From Myxococcota bacterium (GTDB lineage Bacteria > Myxococcota_A > Polyangia > Polyangiales > Polyangiaceae): a stretch of 64,000 nt of DNA. The notes under the pieces are model-generated. The model did not search any database and was not told the DNA's origin. It saw only the letters and a list, made by a program, of their open reading frames with translations. The DNA is taken from assembly GCA_963169165.1 (NCBI GenBank), contig CAUJFL010000093.1, positions 1,849 to 65,848 of the forward strand, in the 5' to 3' direction. Each line of letters begins with the position of its first letter. The stretch's first letter is position 1. A program made the translations under genes and the position numbers. Below, piece after piece: positions 33,055-42,765 of this stretch.

Positions 33055-34911
33055 GTGATCTCCGCCGACACCCTCGAGCAGATCAAGCGCCGCACCGAGC
33101 TCGTCGCGCTCATCGGCGAGTCGGTGCGCCTCACGCGTCGCGGCCGCTCGTGGGTCGGCCTCTGCCCGTTTCACAAGGAGAAGTCTCCGAGCTTTCACGT
33201 CACCCCCGAGCGCGGCCGCTTCCCCTGCTTCGGCTGCGGCGAGGGAGGCAACGCGTTCGACTTCGTGATGAAGACCGAGGGCCTGTCGTTTCCCGAGGCG
33301 GCGCGGCGCCTCGCCGAGCGCGCGGGCGTCGCGATCGAGGAGAGCGGCACGCGCGAGGATCGCTCGAGAGAGGCCGCGCAGCGGCGCGCGCGCGACGACC
33401 TGTACTCGGCGATGCACCTCGCGGCCGTCTACTTCGAGAAGATGCTGCAGGAGCACCCCGACGCGCGCGTCGCCCGCGACGAGCTCGCGAAGCGCCGCCT
33501 CGTCGCCGAGTCTCCGACCGATCGCGTCGCCGTCGCGCTCTCCGCGTTCCGGCTCGGCTACGCGCCCGCGGGCTGGGACGGCCTCGCGCAGTTCTTCCGA
33601 GAGCAGGGCGTGTCGCCCGCGCTCGGCGAGCAGGTCGGGCTGCTCGCGCCGCGACAGGGCCGCGCGGGGCACTACGACAGGTTTCGCAACCGGCTCATGT
33701 TCGCCGTGATCGATCTGCAAGGCCGCGTGATCGCGTTCAGCGGGCGGATCTTGCCCGATCCGCAGACCGGCCTCGTCGACAAGGAGACGGGGAAGTACGT
33801 CAACAGCCCCGAGACGCCGATCTACCGCAAGGGCGAGACGGTGTTTGGTTTGTTCCAAGCGCGCCAGGGGCTCCGCCAGGCGGGCGAGGCGGTGATCGTC
33901 GAGGGGAACTTCGACGTCGTGTCGCTGCACGCGCGCGGCGTCGATCACGTGGTCGCGCCGCTCGGCACCGCGTTCACGCCCGAGCAGGCGCAGCTGATCA
34001 AGCGCTTCACGCCGACGGTGACCCTGCTCTTCGACGGCGACGCGGCCGGACGCAAGGCGGTGCAGAAGGCGCAGGACGCGATCAAGCGCGCGGGCCTCGT
34101 GGGCAAGGCCGCCACGCTCCCCGACGGCAAGGACCCGGACGATCTCGCGCGCGAGCGCGGCGCCGACGGGGTGCGCGCCGTCTTGAAGCAGGCGCGTGGG
34201 CTGCTCGAGCACCTGATCCAGTCGGCGCTCGACGAGGGGTTCGCGCGCGCCGACGCCGAGGAGCGGGCGCAGCGGGCGAAGGAGGTGGTCGAGCTGCTCG
34301 CCGCCGAGGACGATCCGACCGTGCGCGCGATGGCCCAGCGGTACGCGGACGACATCGCCGGTCAGCTCGCGAGCCGCGACGCGAGCCTCGGCCTCGTCGA
34401 CGCGCGGACGTTCGGCGCGCTCGCGAGGCAGGTCCACGCGGCGCTGCACCGTCCGGCGCAGCCCGCGCGTGACGCGCCGCGCGGGCCGCGCGATCCGGTC
34501 GTCGAGGCCGCGCTCGGGGCGATCCTCGACTATCCAGAGCTGCTCGACGATCCCGAGATCGCGCCGCGGCTCGGGCTGCTCGACGGAGACCCGGTGCTCG
34601 TGGTCGCGGCGCTGCAGCGCGCGTCGCGGGACGCGCTCGACGTCGACGCGCTGCTCGCCGAGATCCCTGTCTCCATCCACGCGTTCGTGTCCCGCCGCCT
34701 CGTCGCGCCGACCCACGCCGAGCCAGAGCAGGCGAGGGGCGAGCTGCTCGCGAACCTCGACAAGCTCCGGGTGCGACAGCTGACGCGCGACAACCGCGAT
34801 GACGCGCTCGAGATGGCGCGTCGCGAGGCCCGCGGCGAGGGAGACGCCGCGCTCGAGCTGCTGCGCGACGCCCAGGCTCGCGCGCGGCAGAAGCGCGGGA
34901 TCGTGACCTGA
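33055..34911 (+). CDS. dnaG: DNA primase
   Basis: 618 aa. The zinc-binding region is 'CPFHKEKSPSFHV...CFGCGEGG'. TOPRIM motifs are 'VIVEGNFDVVSLH' and 'LLFDGDAAGRKA'. Confidence 0.95.
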   Translation: MISADTLEQIKRRTELVALIGESVRLTRRGRSWVGLCPFHKEKSPSFHVTPERGRFPCFGCGEGGNAFDFVMKTEGLSFPEAARRLAERAGVAIEESGTREDRSREAAQRRARDDLYSAMHLAAVYFEKMLQEHPDARVARDELAKRRLVAESPTDRVAVALSAFRLGYAPAGWDGLAQFFREQGVSPALGEQVGLLAPRQGRAGHYDRFRNRLMFAVIDLQGRVIAFSGRILPDPQTGLVDKETGKYVNSPETPIYRKGETVFGLFQARQGLRQAGEAVIVEGNFDVVSLHARGVDHVVAPLGTAFTPEQAQLIKRFTPTVTLLFDGDAAGRKAVQKAQDAIKRAGLVGKAATLPDGKDPDDLARERGADGVRAVLKQARGLLEHLIQSALDEGFARADAEERAQRAKEVVELLAAEDDPTVRAMAQRYADDIAGQLASRDASLGLVDARTFGALARQVHAALHRPAQPARDAPRGPRDPVVEAALGAILDYPELLDDPEIAPRLGLLDGDPVLVVAALQRASRDALDVDALLAEIPVSIHAFVSRRLVAPTHAEPEQARGELLANLDKLRVRQLTRDNRDDALEMARREARGEGDAALELLRDAQARARQKRGIVT

Positions 34912-34954
34912 CCCGCTTGCCGCCGCGCCGCCGACGGGGCAGAGGGATCGGCGC

Positions 34955-35158
34955 GTGAGCTTCGACGAAGCGAGCAGGTGGTGCCTCGAGCACGACGCGC
35001 GTCTGTCGACCGATCGCGGCCCCGACGGCGCGCGCCTCACGCTCTCCGCGTACGGCCTGTCGATGAGCGAGGCGCTGCAGGACGAGAGCTGGCGGACCTG
35101 GCACGAGACGCTGGTGAGGCTCGTCGCCCTGCTGCAGCGGCGGATGCCCCGCGCGTAG
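34955..35158 (+). CDS. small hypothetical protein
   Basis: 67-aa ORF with a GTG start and non-Arg-rich composition (MSFDEASRWCLEHDARL...). No motif is recognisable. Confidence 0.35.
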   Translation: MSFDEASRWCLEHDARLSTDRGPDGARLTLSAYGLSMSEALQDESWRTWHETLVRLVALLQRRMPRA

Positions 35159-35234
35159 CCTTCGCGCCCGAGCGCACAGCGCCGTTCGCGCCAGCCGTCG
35201 ACGAGCGGCGGCGCCAGGGCGCTCGGGGCTTGGT

Positions 35235-36125
35235 ATGGTCGGTGCTTCGCTCGTGCCTCCCGTGATCCGCAAGCTCCTCGCGCTGTGCTCGCTCGCCTGC
35301 GTCTGCTCCTCGTCGCCCGCGCGGGCGAGCGATCCCGAGCCCGCGATGATCGCGGCGCCGAGATCGAGGGCGCTGTTCCCGCCGAAGCTCGCCGACAAGG
35401 GGACGCGGCACGAGCGGCTGCCAACCCGCCCCGACGAGCCGCTGCTCATCCAGCTCTACGCCAACGATCCCGACGGCGATCGCCTGACCTTCACGGTGTC
35501 GGGGATGCCAGCGGGCGCGACGCTCGAGCAACCCCCCGACGGCGGCGGCGCGGCGACCGTGGTGTGGCCCACGCCGGTGGCGGGCGCGCTCACGCTGGAC
35601 GTGCGCGTCACCGACGGCGTCAGCACCGACTCGGCGACGATCAAGGTCATCGTCGAAGAGGAGTGGAACAGCGGCTTCTTGCCGGGCGCGGGGTACACCG
35701 GATACGCGCCGGCCGAGGGTGGATACTTGCAAGGCCCTCGCCTCGAGATCGTGTTCTTCTCGTGGATCCACCGCAACGACAACCGAGGGCCCAGCCACGG
35801 CCGCATCGCCCTCGATCTCGATCTGCTGTTCCCGAAGCAGGGAAAGAGCGTCTTCATGCCGACGCTCGCGTTCGATCTCTCGTTCGAGCGCAACCCGCAG
35901 CGGCGCTTCCTGATCCCGACGTTCGGCTTCGCCACCGGCGCGATCCTGCCGTCGGGGCGCTCGGGCGCGGCGAGCGTGACGCCGACGGTGGGCCTGCACC
36001 TCTACGCCAGCCCCAACGTGTTCGTGCGCGCCGAGGCCGGGTATCTGCTGCCGCTCCGCCCGGCGATCTTCGACGACTACCGCGGCGCGCGCGGCGCGCT
36101 CGTCGTCGACTTCACGATGTGGTGA
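35235..36125 (+). CDS. secreted protein with Ig-like (He_PIG/cadherin-like) domain and beta-rich C-terminus
   Basis: The signal is 'LLALCSLACVCSSSPARA'. 'LLIQLYANDPDGDRLTFTVSGMPAGATLE' is typical of putative-Ig domains. The C-terminal half has alternating hydrophobic residues and ends in an aromatic residue (FTMW). Confidence 0.7.
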   Translation: MVGASLVPPVIRKLLALCSLACVCSSSPARASDPEPAMIAAPRSRALFPPKLADKGTRHERLPTRPDEPLLIQLYANDPDGDRLTFTVSGMPAGATLEQPPDGGGAATVVWPTPVAGALTLDVRVTDGVSTDSATIKVIVEEEWNSGFLPGAGYTGYAPAEGGYLQGPRLEIVFFSWIHRNDNRGPSHGRIALDLDLLFPKQGKSVFMPTLAFDLSFERNPQRRFLIPTFGFATGAILPSGRSGAASVTPTVGLHLYASPNVFVRAEAGYLLPLRPAIFDDYRGARGALVVDFTMW

Positions 36126-36129
36126 GCGC

Positions 36130-37200
36130 TCAGCGGCGCGGGCCGAGCAGGGCGGGTCCGCCGCGGGACGGACCGCTCGCGACGGGTCTGTGGAGCACGA
36201 TGTCGCGTCCGGCCTCGCGCCCGTGGACGTGGGCCTCGGTCACGCGCCCGCCGCCGAAGCGCGTCGAGGTGGTCCTCGGGTGGCGCCCCCGAAAGTATGC
36301 GTCGAGATCTGCGTCGGCGACCCACACCAGCCCGGCCGCCTTGCACTCGGCCGCCTCGGCGCTGAGCTTCTCGTCGAAGCCCAGCATCACGCCCGCGAGG
36401 TAGCCCCTTCGGTCTCGATCGAGCCTGAGCCCCGTGCGCTGCTTGTGCGCGCGCCAGAGGCGCTCGGCCGTCTCGCGGAGGAAGGCGTGTACATACTCGG
36501 CGAGCGCGACGTTGGACGCGGTGCCGCTCACCTCGAGCACCGTCTTGCTGCGTTGCTCGAGCGCGTCGTACACCGGCACCCAGATCACCTCGACGAAGAA
36601 GTGCTTCGTGAGGATCGCCGCGATGAAGCGCTCCGGCGCCTGCACCCGCCCTGTCGGCTCACCCAGCGTCTTCCACACGTAGTCGCGCCGCCTGCCCCGG
36701 CTCTCGACGTTGTGCTTGAGCATCAGCCGCCGCGCCGCGCGCATCGCGGCCTCGGCCTCGTGCTGGTTGGGGCTGTCCGCGAGCGCGAGCAGGTGCGCGA
36801 TCCGCGCGCGGAGCCGCGCCTCGTCGTCGTCGTCCGAAGGGGAGGGCGGGAGCCCCGACGCCGTCGCGTCGATCGAGAAGCGCCGGCACACGTCGGAGAA
36901 GGCGTGTCCGTGCGCGGACTCGTCGGTGATCCGCAGCACCTGGTGCACGTACTGGTGCGCCATCTCGTGCTTCAGCACCTCGACGACGACGTGCCACGGC
37001 TGCTCGAACACCAGGCGCTCCGAGAGGGCGAGCGAGCCGTGCTGGGCAGAGTACCTGCCGAGCGTGCGCTCGCCCGACGACAGCTCGAGCGCGGGCGGCT
37101 GCATCGCTTGACCGAAGACGCTCCAGTTGACTTTGAGCCACTCCTTGCGGAGCGCGCGCAGCGCCGAGAGGCGCTGGTCATCGGAGATCGGCGCTGGCAT
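36130..37200 (-). CDS. SprT-like metalloprotease domain + DUF2786-like protein
   Basis: 356 aa. The zinc motif is 'HEMAHQYVHQ' (HExxH). 'IAHLLALADSPNQHEAEAAMRAARRLMLKHNV' matches the DUF2786 pattern. Confidence 0.78.
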   Translation of the reverse strand: MPAPISDDQRLSALRALRKEWLKVNWSVFGQAMQPPALELSSGERTLGRYSAQHGSLALSERLVFEQPWHVVVEVLKHEMAHQYVHQVLRITDESAHGHAFSDVCRRFSIDATASGLPPSPSDDDDEARLRARIAHLLALADSPNQHEAEAAMRAARRLMLKHNVESRGRRRDYVWKTLGEPTGRVQAPERFIAAILTKHFFVEVIWVPVYDALEQRSKTVLEVSGTASNVALAEYVHAFLRETAERLWRAHKQRTGLRLDRDRRGYLAGVMLGFDEKLSAEAAECKAAGLVWVADADLDAYFRGRHPRTTSTRFGGGRVTEAHVHGREAGRDIVLHRPVASGPSRGGPALLGPRR

Positions 37201-37218
37201 CGGCCGATCGGTAGCGGC

Positions 37219-38838
37219 TCACGGCGGGCGCTTCAAGTAGACCCAGACGATGGGGACGCCGTCGAGCCCGCGCACCGCCGTGGGCGTCGTGGTGCCGAGC
37301 GCGATCCAGATCTGCTGCTCGACGCCCGCCATGTGTTGTTCGTGATGATACAGCGCGGCGTCTGCCCCGGAGGGGGTGCCGGTCGCCCGCAGATCGGCGC
37401 GCAGGCGCCCGTCGCGCTGCAACATGCGCCACGAGTCCCACGCGGTGTCGTGGAGGTAGACGCTGGCGTTGTGTGGGAGCGCGTTGAGCACGTCGAGCAC
37501 GCCGCCGGTCGTGTAGCCCCAGAAGCCTCGGTTCAACCCCAGCGTCGCCGCGCCCGGCGCGCCGCCGACCAGCGGGGTGTACGCCGACAGCCCCCAGGGG
37601 TGGACACGGAGCGACTGCACGACGGGCGACGCCCCGAGCGCGAGCGACGCCGCCGCGAGGCTGACGGCGCGCGCGCGCGGAGGGACCAGCGCCTCGAGCC
37701 GCGACAGCGCCCGAGAGACGCCCGCCCCCGCGAACAGCGCGATGAACGGGTACGCGGTCAGCCAGTGCTTGGTGCCGCCGAAGATCGGGGTGCCGGTCGA
37801 CAGCCACGGCGCGAAGCAGACGAGCGCCCCGAGCGCCCAGGCGAGGTCGGTCGCGCCCGGATCGTGGGGCCGGTCGCCCCGCCAGGCCGCGCGCGCCGCG
37901 TCGAGCGCACCCACCGCCGCCGCCGCGAGCGTCACGAGGGGCACCGTGGCGGCCGTCATCAGCCACGCGTAGCCGCGCGGGAAGGGAGGCCGCCAGTAGG
38001 TGTGCCCCAGGAACTCCATGTTGTAATAGTCGTGCCGCGTGTGAAACTGAACATATCCAAAGAAGCGAGAGGCCGTGTCGTACCAGAGCCACGGCCACCC
38101 CGCGACGAACACGAGCGGCCCTATCACCAGCATGCAGGGCAGCGCGAGCGGGAGTGACAGTGTCCCCGCGCGGAGCCCCGCCCACAGCTCGCGGCGACGG
38201 GAGATGCAAGTGTGTGCCCCCACGAAGAATGGCAAGAACCAGCTGTTGTGCTTGGTGTCGAGCGCGAGGCCGAACGCGACGCCCGCGAGCACGGCCCAGC
38301 GCCAGCCGCCGCCCACGAGCGAGCGCCAGTAGGCCCACGCGGTCAGCGTCCAGAGCGCCGCGATCGGCACGTCGAAGCAGTCGAGGTGCGAGTGATAGAA
38401 CGTGGTCGGGACGAAGAAGAACGCCGCCGCCGCCGCCGCGCCCGCCCTCCGTCCCCGCGCCTCCGTCCCCCAGAGATACTGGACCGCGGTCGCGACGCCA
38501 GAGAGCACCATGGCCGGGAAGCGGAAGCTCGTGCCCTCCTCGGCGAACAGGTGCAGGCGCCCGTGCAAGAGCCTCCAGGACAGCGCGAACAGCGATTTCA
38601 GCAGCGCGGGGTGCTCGTGGTTGACCGACCACGCCGCGTCCACTTGCGCCCTCGTGACGGCGCTCGCGGGGTCCCGCAGCAGCTGCTCGAACCACCGCGC
38701 GTAGGCCTCGGAGGCCGCGAAATAGAAGCCCTCGTCGCGCGCGTAGCCCTGGGTGCCCGCGGTCGCGACCAGCAGCCACGTCGCCGCGACGACGATCAGC
38801 GCCGCCGCCGCGACGTCTCGGCGCTCGAGCCGGGTCAC
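37219..38838 (-). CDS. GT-C glycosyltransferase, family 39 (PMT/ArnT-like)
   Basis: The GTG start at 38838-38836 overlaps the upstream stop (GTGA). It is a multi-span membrane protein. The first loop 'GYARDEGFYFAASEAY' carries the DE motif typical of PMT/ArnT-type enzymes. The upstream part of the 702-aa track ORF is Arg-rich read-through. Confidence 0.78.
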   Translation of the reverse strand: MTRLERRDVAAAALIVVAATWLLVATAGTQGYARDEGFYFAASEAYARWFEQLLRDPASAVTRAQVDAAWSVNHEHPALLKSLFALSWRLLHGRLHLFAEEGTSFRFPAMVLSGVATAVQYLWGTEARGRRAGAAAAAAFFFVPTTFYHSHLDCFDVPIAALWTLTAWAYWRSLVGGGWRWAVLAGVAFGLALDTKHNSWFLPFFVGAHTCISRRRELWAGLRAGTLSLPLALPCMLVIGPLVFVAGWPWLWYDTASRFFGYVQFHTRHDYYNMEFLGHTYWRPPFPRGYAWLMTAATVPLVTLAAAAVGALDAARAAWRGDRPHDPGATDLAWALGALVCFAPWLSTGTPIFGGTKHWLTAYPFIALFAGAGVSRALSRLEALVPPRARAVSLAAASLALGASPVVQSLRVHPWGLSAYTPLVGGAPGAATLGLNRGFWGYTTGGVLDVLNALPHNASVYLHDTAWDSWRMLQRDGRLRADLRATGTPSGADAALYHHEQHMAGVEQQIWIALGTTTPTAVRGLDGVPIVWVYLKRPP

Positions 38839-39788
38839 CGCGAGTCGGCCTCCCAGCAGACGTGCCGCTGATCGGCGCGCTCGCTCGAGACGCGCAGCTC
38901 GACCTCGCCGGCGGTCTTGCCCCCGCGCTCGCCGAGCGGCAGCGAGAACGGTCGCCAGCCCTCGCCGTCGCGGTGCACGTCGCGCCCGATCTCGGCGCCG
39001 TCGACGAGCACCGAGAGCACGACCGGCGTGCCGGGGCGATCGCGCTCGAGGGTCCAGTGGAGCGAGAGGTGCCCGTGGATGACGTGACCGAGCGGCACGT
39101 CGCGGAACACGAGCGACACGTGACCTCCCTCGGGCGGATGGGACCACACGCAGCGCCGCGGCAGGTGTCGCTGATCGTCGTGGACGGTGACGCCGACCGA
39201 CTGCCAGGCCATGCGCCCGCACACGAAGCGATCGGGAGGCATCGCCGGGTGACCGAAGAGGCCGGGCGCGGCGGCAGGGAGGCCCGTCTTCCACGGGCAC
39301 GGCGCGCGCTCGCCGCCCCTCACCCACGCGATCTCGGCCCGCCCGGCCCCGACGGCGTCGGTGAAATCGAACGTGGGGCGCGCGGGCGCGGGGTTCTGCA
39401 GCACCTCGCCGACGAGGCCGCCGCCGAGGTCCTCGCGGTGTACGACGCGGAAGCCCTCGAGCTCTGGCAGCGCCGCGCCGCGCGCGGAGATCTGCAGCAA
39501 GCGGCCGTAGGTCGACTCGTCCGCGCGAGCGACGTCGCGGAGCGGGAGCACCTCCTCGCCCAGGGTCATCCGCGCGACCGGCTCGAGCCAGCGCGGCGCG
39601 ACGACGGCGCCGTCTGCCTCGCGGCGCAGCGCGACGATGCGCGGCCTCGCCGCCGCGAAGGCGTCGGCGCGGGGCGTGCGACGCGCGAACCAGAGCGACG
39701 CGACCAGCTCGAGCGCCCCGAGCGCGGGCAGCGACAGCGCGAGCGCCCAGCCCGCGCGGCGCGACCGTGGTCGTTCGTCTGCGCTCAC
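38835..39788 (-). CDS. membrane-anchored hypothetical protein
   Basis: The GTG start at 39788-39786 overlaps the kinase stop (GTGA). It has a single N-terminal TM (WALALSLPALGALELVASLWF) and then a globular domain of about 270 aa with no motif I recognise. Confidence 0.62.
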   Translation of the reverse strand: MSADERPRSRRAGWALALSLPALGALELVASLWFARRTPRADAFAAARPRIVALRREADGAVVAPRWLEPVARMTLGEEVLPLRDVARADESTYGRLLQISARGAALPELEGFRVVHREDLGGGLVGEVLQNPAPARPTFDFTDAVGAGRAEIAWVRGGERAPCPWKTGLPAAAPGLFGHPAMPPDRFVCGRMAWQSVGVTVHDDQRHLPRRCVWSHPPEGGHVSLVFRDVPLGHVIHGHLSLHWTLERDRPGTPVVLSVLVDGAEIGRDVHRDGEGWRPFSLPLGERGGKTAGEVELRVSSERADQRHVCWEADSR

Positions 39789-41872
39789 GCTTCTTCGACG
39801 AGGCCGAGGGCGAGGGCGACGGCGAGCGCGCGCAGCGCCTCGGGGCCCGTCAGCGCGCCGGTCGTGCCAAGACGCAGCAGCAGCTGGCGCAGCTCCATCC
39901 CCGCGCCCAGCCCCTCGAGCACGAGCACCATCGGTCGCGGCAGCGGCGCGCGCGGCCTCCCGGTCTGCGCGCGCACACGCCGCAGCTTGGTCGCCAGGCG
40001 TGAACGGAACAAATCCATCGCGGCCTCGTCGGGGAGCGACGCCTCCGCGCCCGCCAGCAGCACCGGCGCCATGTCCAGATCGAGCGGGAACTCGACGCGC
40101 TGGGGGGCGACGCCGCGATGAAACGCCGCCGTTCCAGCGCGCCACCCGAAGGCCCGCGCGAGGCGGTCCTTGCCTTGCTCCTCGATCGCGCGGAACAGCG
40201 TCACCGCGTCGATGAGCCCGAGGCCGATGAGCGTGTCGCCGAGGCGCCCCTGGAACTTGGAGAGCACGGCGAGGGCCATGTCGAGCTCGGCCTCGTTGAG
40301 GATCCCCCTTCGGACGAGCGTCTGGCCGAGCAGGTCACCCGCCTCGTTGGAGAAGACGTGCAGGAGCTTGCCGTCCTTCAGGTAGATCTCGCGCCGCTGC
40401 GCGCCCATGGAGTCTCGCGCCGGGCCGGTGACGAGCAGCGCGCCCGTCTCGGCGCGCTTGGCGAGCCGCCCGAGCACGTCGAGCAGCGCGCACTCTTCGA
40501 GCGAGAAGGTGAGATCGGGCTCGGTCGGCGCCGCGAGCGAGCGGGTGGTCGTCTCGTCGGGCAGGTGCCGCACGAGCAAGTCGATCTCGCTGACGCGCCG
40601 GAAGCCCTGGCCCATCAGGTCGACCTCGTCGTCGGGCGCGACCTCGCCGGTGACGACCATCGCGATGACCTGCGCGAACGCGATCGGCCCCGCGACGCCG
40701 CCGCGCGCGAACCGGACGGCGCTCGGGTGCTCGTCGAACCGCAGCGTCTCGGGCTCGGCGTCGCGGTCCCTCGCGCGGAGCGCCGTGGGCGGCTCGTCGT
40801 CGAGCTGGCGCGCTCGGTCCGCGGCCTGGTCGTCGAGGTCGCCGGGCGGCACCACCGCGCGGAGACGATCGCTCGACTCGCGGATCGACTCCTTCAGCTT
40901 CTTCGCGAGCGAGCTGGTGTCGCGCGCCCAGGTGACCCACTCGCACAGCTCGGCGCGCCGGACGTGACGCTCGCCCTCGAACGGCGCGAGCGCCTCGCCC
41001 AGCTCGGCGGCGGTCTGGTAGCGCTCGGCTGGCTCGCGCGCGAGCGCCCGCGACAGCACGTCGAACAGGCCGCTCGGCAGCGAGTCCTTGATCGCGGTCA
41101 GGCGATCGATCCTTCCGTCGCGGATCGCGAGCAGGACGGCGAGCTGCCCCGCGCCCTCGAACAGCGGGCGCCCCAGCAGCAGCTCCGCGAGCACGACGGC
41201 GAGCGAGAACAAATCGGCGCGCTGGTCCGCGGGCTCGCCGCCGACCTGTTCGGGCGCGAGGTAGGCGTACTTTCCTTTGAGCCCGCCGCCCATCGACGCG
41301 CGGCTCTGGCGGCCGAGGTTCGTGCGCGCGATCCCGAAGTCGCCGAGCACCACCTCGCCGCGCAGCGACAGATAGACGTTGGACGGCGTGACGTCACGGT
41401 GCACGACGCCGAGCGGATGGCCGTCGTCGGCGGTCGCGGTGTGCACGGCCGTCAGCGCCTCGGTGAGCGCGCGCGCGACGTAGATCGAGAGGCCGATGGG
41501 GATGGGCCGCGCCTCGGCCTCGGCGCGCCGCGCGAGGCGTGACAGATCGATGCCGTCGACGAACGACAGCACGAGGAACGGCTCGCCGTTGGCGACCCCC
41601 GCGTCGAGGACATGGACGACGTTCGGGTGCGAGATCGCGCGGTGGATCTGCGCCTCCGAGACGAACATCGCGACCATGGCCGGATCGGCGAGGTGCACGG
41701 GGAGCAGGCGCTTGACGACGAGCGGGGTCTGCCTCGCGTCGCGCCTGTCGACGCCGACGAAGACCTCGGACGTGCCGCCGACCGCGAGCCGACGCTGCAG
41801 CGCGTAGTCGCCGAGCTGCTCCGGCGGCGCTCTCCCTGGCTCTCCCGACATGCGAACCGGGAGCATACCCAC
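39785..41872 (-). CDS. serine/threonine protein kinase with C-terminal DUF4388-like modules
   Basis: 695 aa. Hanks kinase motifs are 'GGTSEVF', 'VVKRL', 'HRDVTPSNV', 'DFGIAR' and 'YLAPEQ'. The C-terminal half ('LLDVLGRLAKRAETGALLV...REIYLKDGKLLHV') resembles DUF4388/PATAN-like modules. Confidence 0.92.
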   Translation of the reverse strand: MGMLPVRMSGEPGRAPPEQLGDYALQRRLAVGGTSEVFVGVDRRDARQTPLVVKRLLPVHLADPAMVAMFVSEAQIHRAISHPNVVHVLDAGVANGEPFLVLSFVDGIDLSRLARRAEAEARPIPIGLSIYVARALTEALTAVHTATADDGHPLGVVHRDVTPSNVYLSLRGEVVLGDFGIARTNLGRQSRASMGGGLKGKYAYLAPEQVGGEPADQRADLFSLAVVLAELLLGRPLFEGAGQLAVLLAIRDGRIDRLTAIKDSLPSGLFDVLSRALAREPAERYQTAAELGEALAPFEGERHVRRAELCEWVTWARDTSSLAKKLKESIRESSDRLRAVVPPGDLDDQAADRARQLDDEPPTALRARDRDAEPETLRFDEHPSAVRFARGGVAGPIAFAQVIAMVVTGEVAPDDEVDLMGQGFRRVSEIDLLVRHLPDETTTRSLAAPTEPDLTFSLEECALLDVLGRLAKRAETGALLVTGPARDSMGAQRREIYLKDGKLLHVFSNEAGDLLGQTLVRRGILNEAELDMALAVLSKFQGRLGDTLIGLGLIDAVTLFRAIEEQGKDRLARAFGWRAGTAAFHRGVAPQRVEFPLDLDMAPVLLAGAEASLPDEAAMDLFRSRLATKLRRVRAQTGRPRAPLPRPMVLVLEGLGAGMELRQLLLRLGTTGALTGPEALRALAVALALGLVEEA

Positions 41873-41892
41873 CTTCGTCGAGCGCGTCGCGG

Positions 41893-42753
41893 TCAGCCGA
41901 GCGCCCGTGACACCAGCGCGAAACGCCCCAGCGCCGACAGCGGCAGCGTGGCCCCGCCGCGCGTGAGCTCATCGCGGCGCGCGGTGACGCACAGCCCGCG
42001 CGCGACGAGCTGCTCGATCAGCGACCAGTGAAACGAGGGCACCTCGACGCTGACGTCGTGCATCCCCGCCACCGCGTGGACGAGCGGCGCGCCGAGCGCC
42101 GGATCTCGCGCGATCACGGGCCCGACGAGCCGTCGATCGGGGCGGCTCGCGGCCATCACGTAGCCCACGAGCTCGGGGCCGCGGAACGCGCACCACCCAT
42201 GCACCGCCTCGGCGGCGATCGCGCGGAGCACCTCGGCTCGATCGCACGACACGACGGCGCGATCGAGCTCGATCGCCCGCGAGAGCTCGAACGCGCCGAG
42301 CGTCACGTCGCTCGGCAGCGCGGGGCTGTCGCCGTGCAGGCGCCCCTCGAGCGTGACCACCTCGCCGACTCGCGCGAAGCCGAGCCGATCGAGCAGCGGC
42401 CTCGCGGCGTCGGTCGCGACGACACCCACGACGGAGGGCTCGGACGCGGCCAGCGAAGCGCGCACGAGCGCTCGCGCGAGCCCGCGGCGCCGGGCGTCCT
42501 CGCGCACGAGCAGCTTGCCGAGCATCGTGACGGCTCCGTATGTGACGCGGCTGCACACGGCCACCAGCTCGTCTCCGCGTCGCACGCCCTGGACCTCGCC
42601 CGCGTCGAACAGCGGGCGCCAGTCGGATAGCTCGTCGGCGCACCCGCAGCCGCGGGCCAGCTCGACGCACGCGTGGAGCTCGGCGCGCGTCAGGCGCTCG
42701 ACCAAAGGCTCGGGGCGGGAGCTCACGGGTGGCATCATCGCCCGCCCGTTCAC
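41893..42753 (-). CDS. GNAT-family N-acetyltransferase
   Basis: 286 aa. The acetyl-CoA-binding-type motif 'VREDARRRGLARALV' is present. The C-terminal half resembles a second GNAT-like domain. Confidence 0.78.
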   Translation of the reverse strand: MNGRAMMPPVSSRPEPLVERLTRAELHACVELARGCGCADELSDWRPLFDAGEVQGVRRGDELVAVCSRVTYGAVTMLGKLLVREDARRRGLARALVRASLAASEPSVVGVVATDAARPLLDRLGFARVGEVVTLEGRLHGDSPALPSDVTLGAFELSRAIELDRAVVSCDRAEVLRAIAAEAVHGWCAFRGPELVGYVMAASRPDRRLVGPVIARDPALGAPLVHAVAGMHDVSVEVPSFHWSLIEQLVARGLCVTARRDELTRGGATLPLSALGRFALVSRALG

Positions 42754-42765
42754 GGGACTCCAGCG

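Noticed and set aside
30241-35424. 1727-aa ORF on the minus strand, the longest in the track
   Set aside because: Its composition is Arg/Ala/Gly/Pro-dominated with no motifs. It lies antisense or off-frame to well-supported genes (MIB/HERC2 lipoprotein, TlpA, DnaG). This is a typical stop-free phantom frame in DNA above 70% GC.
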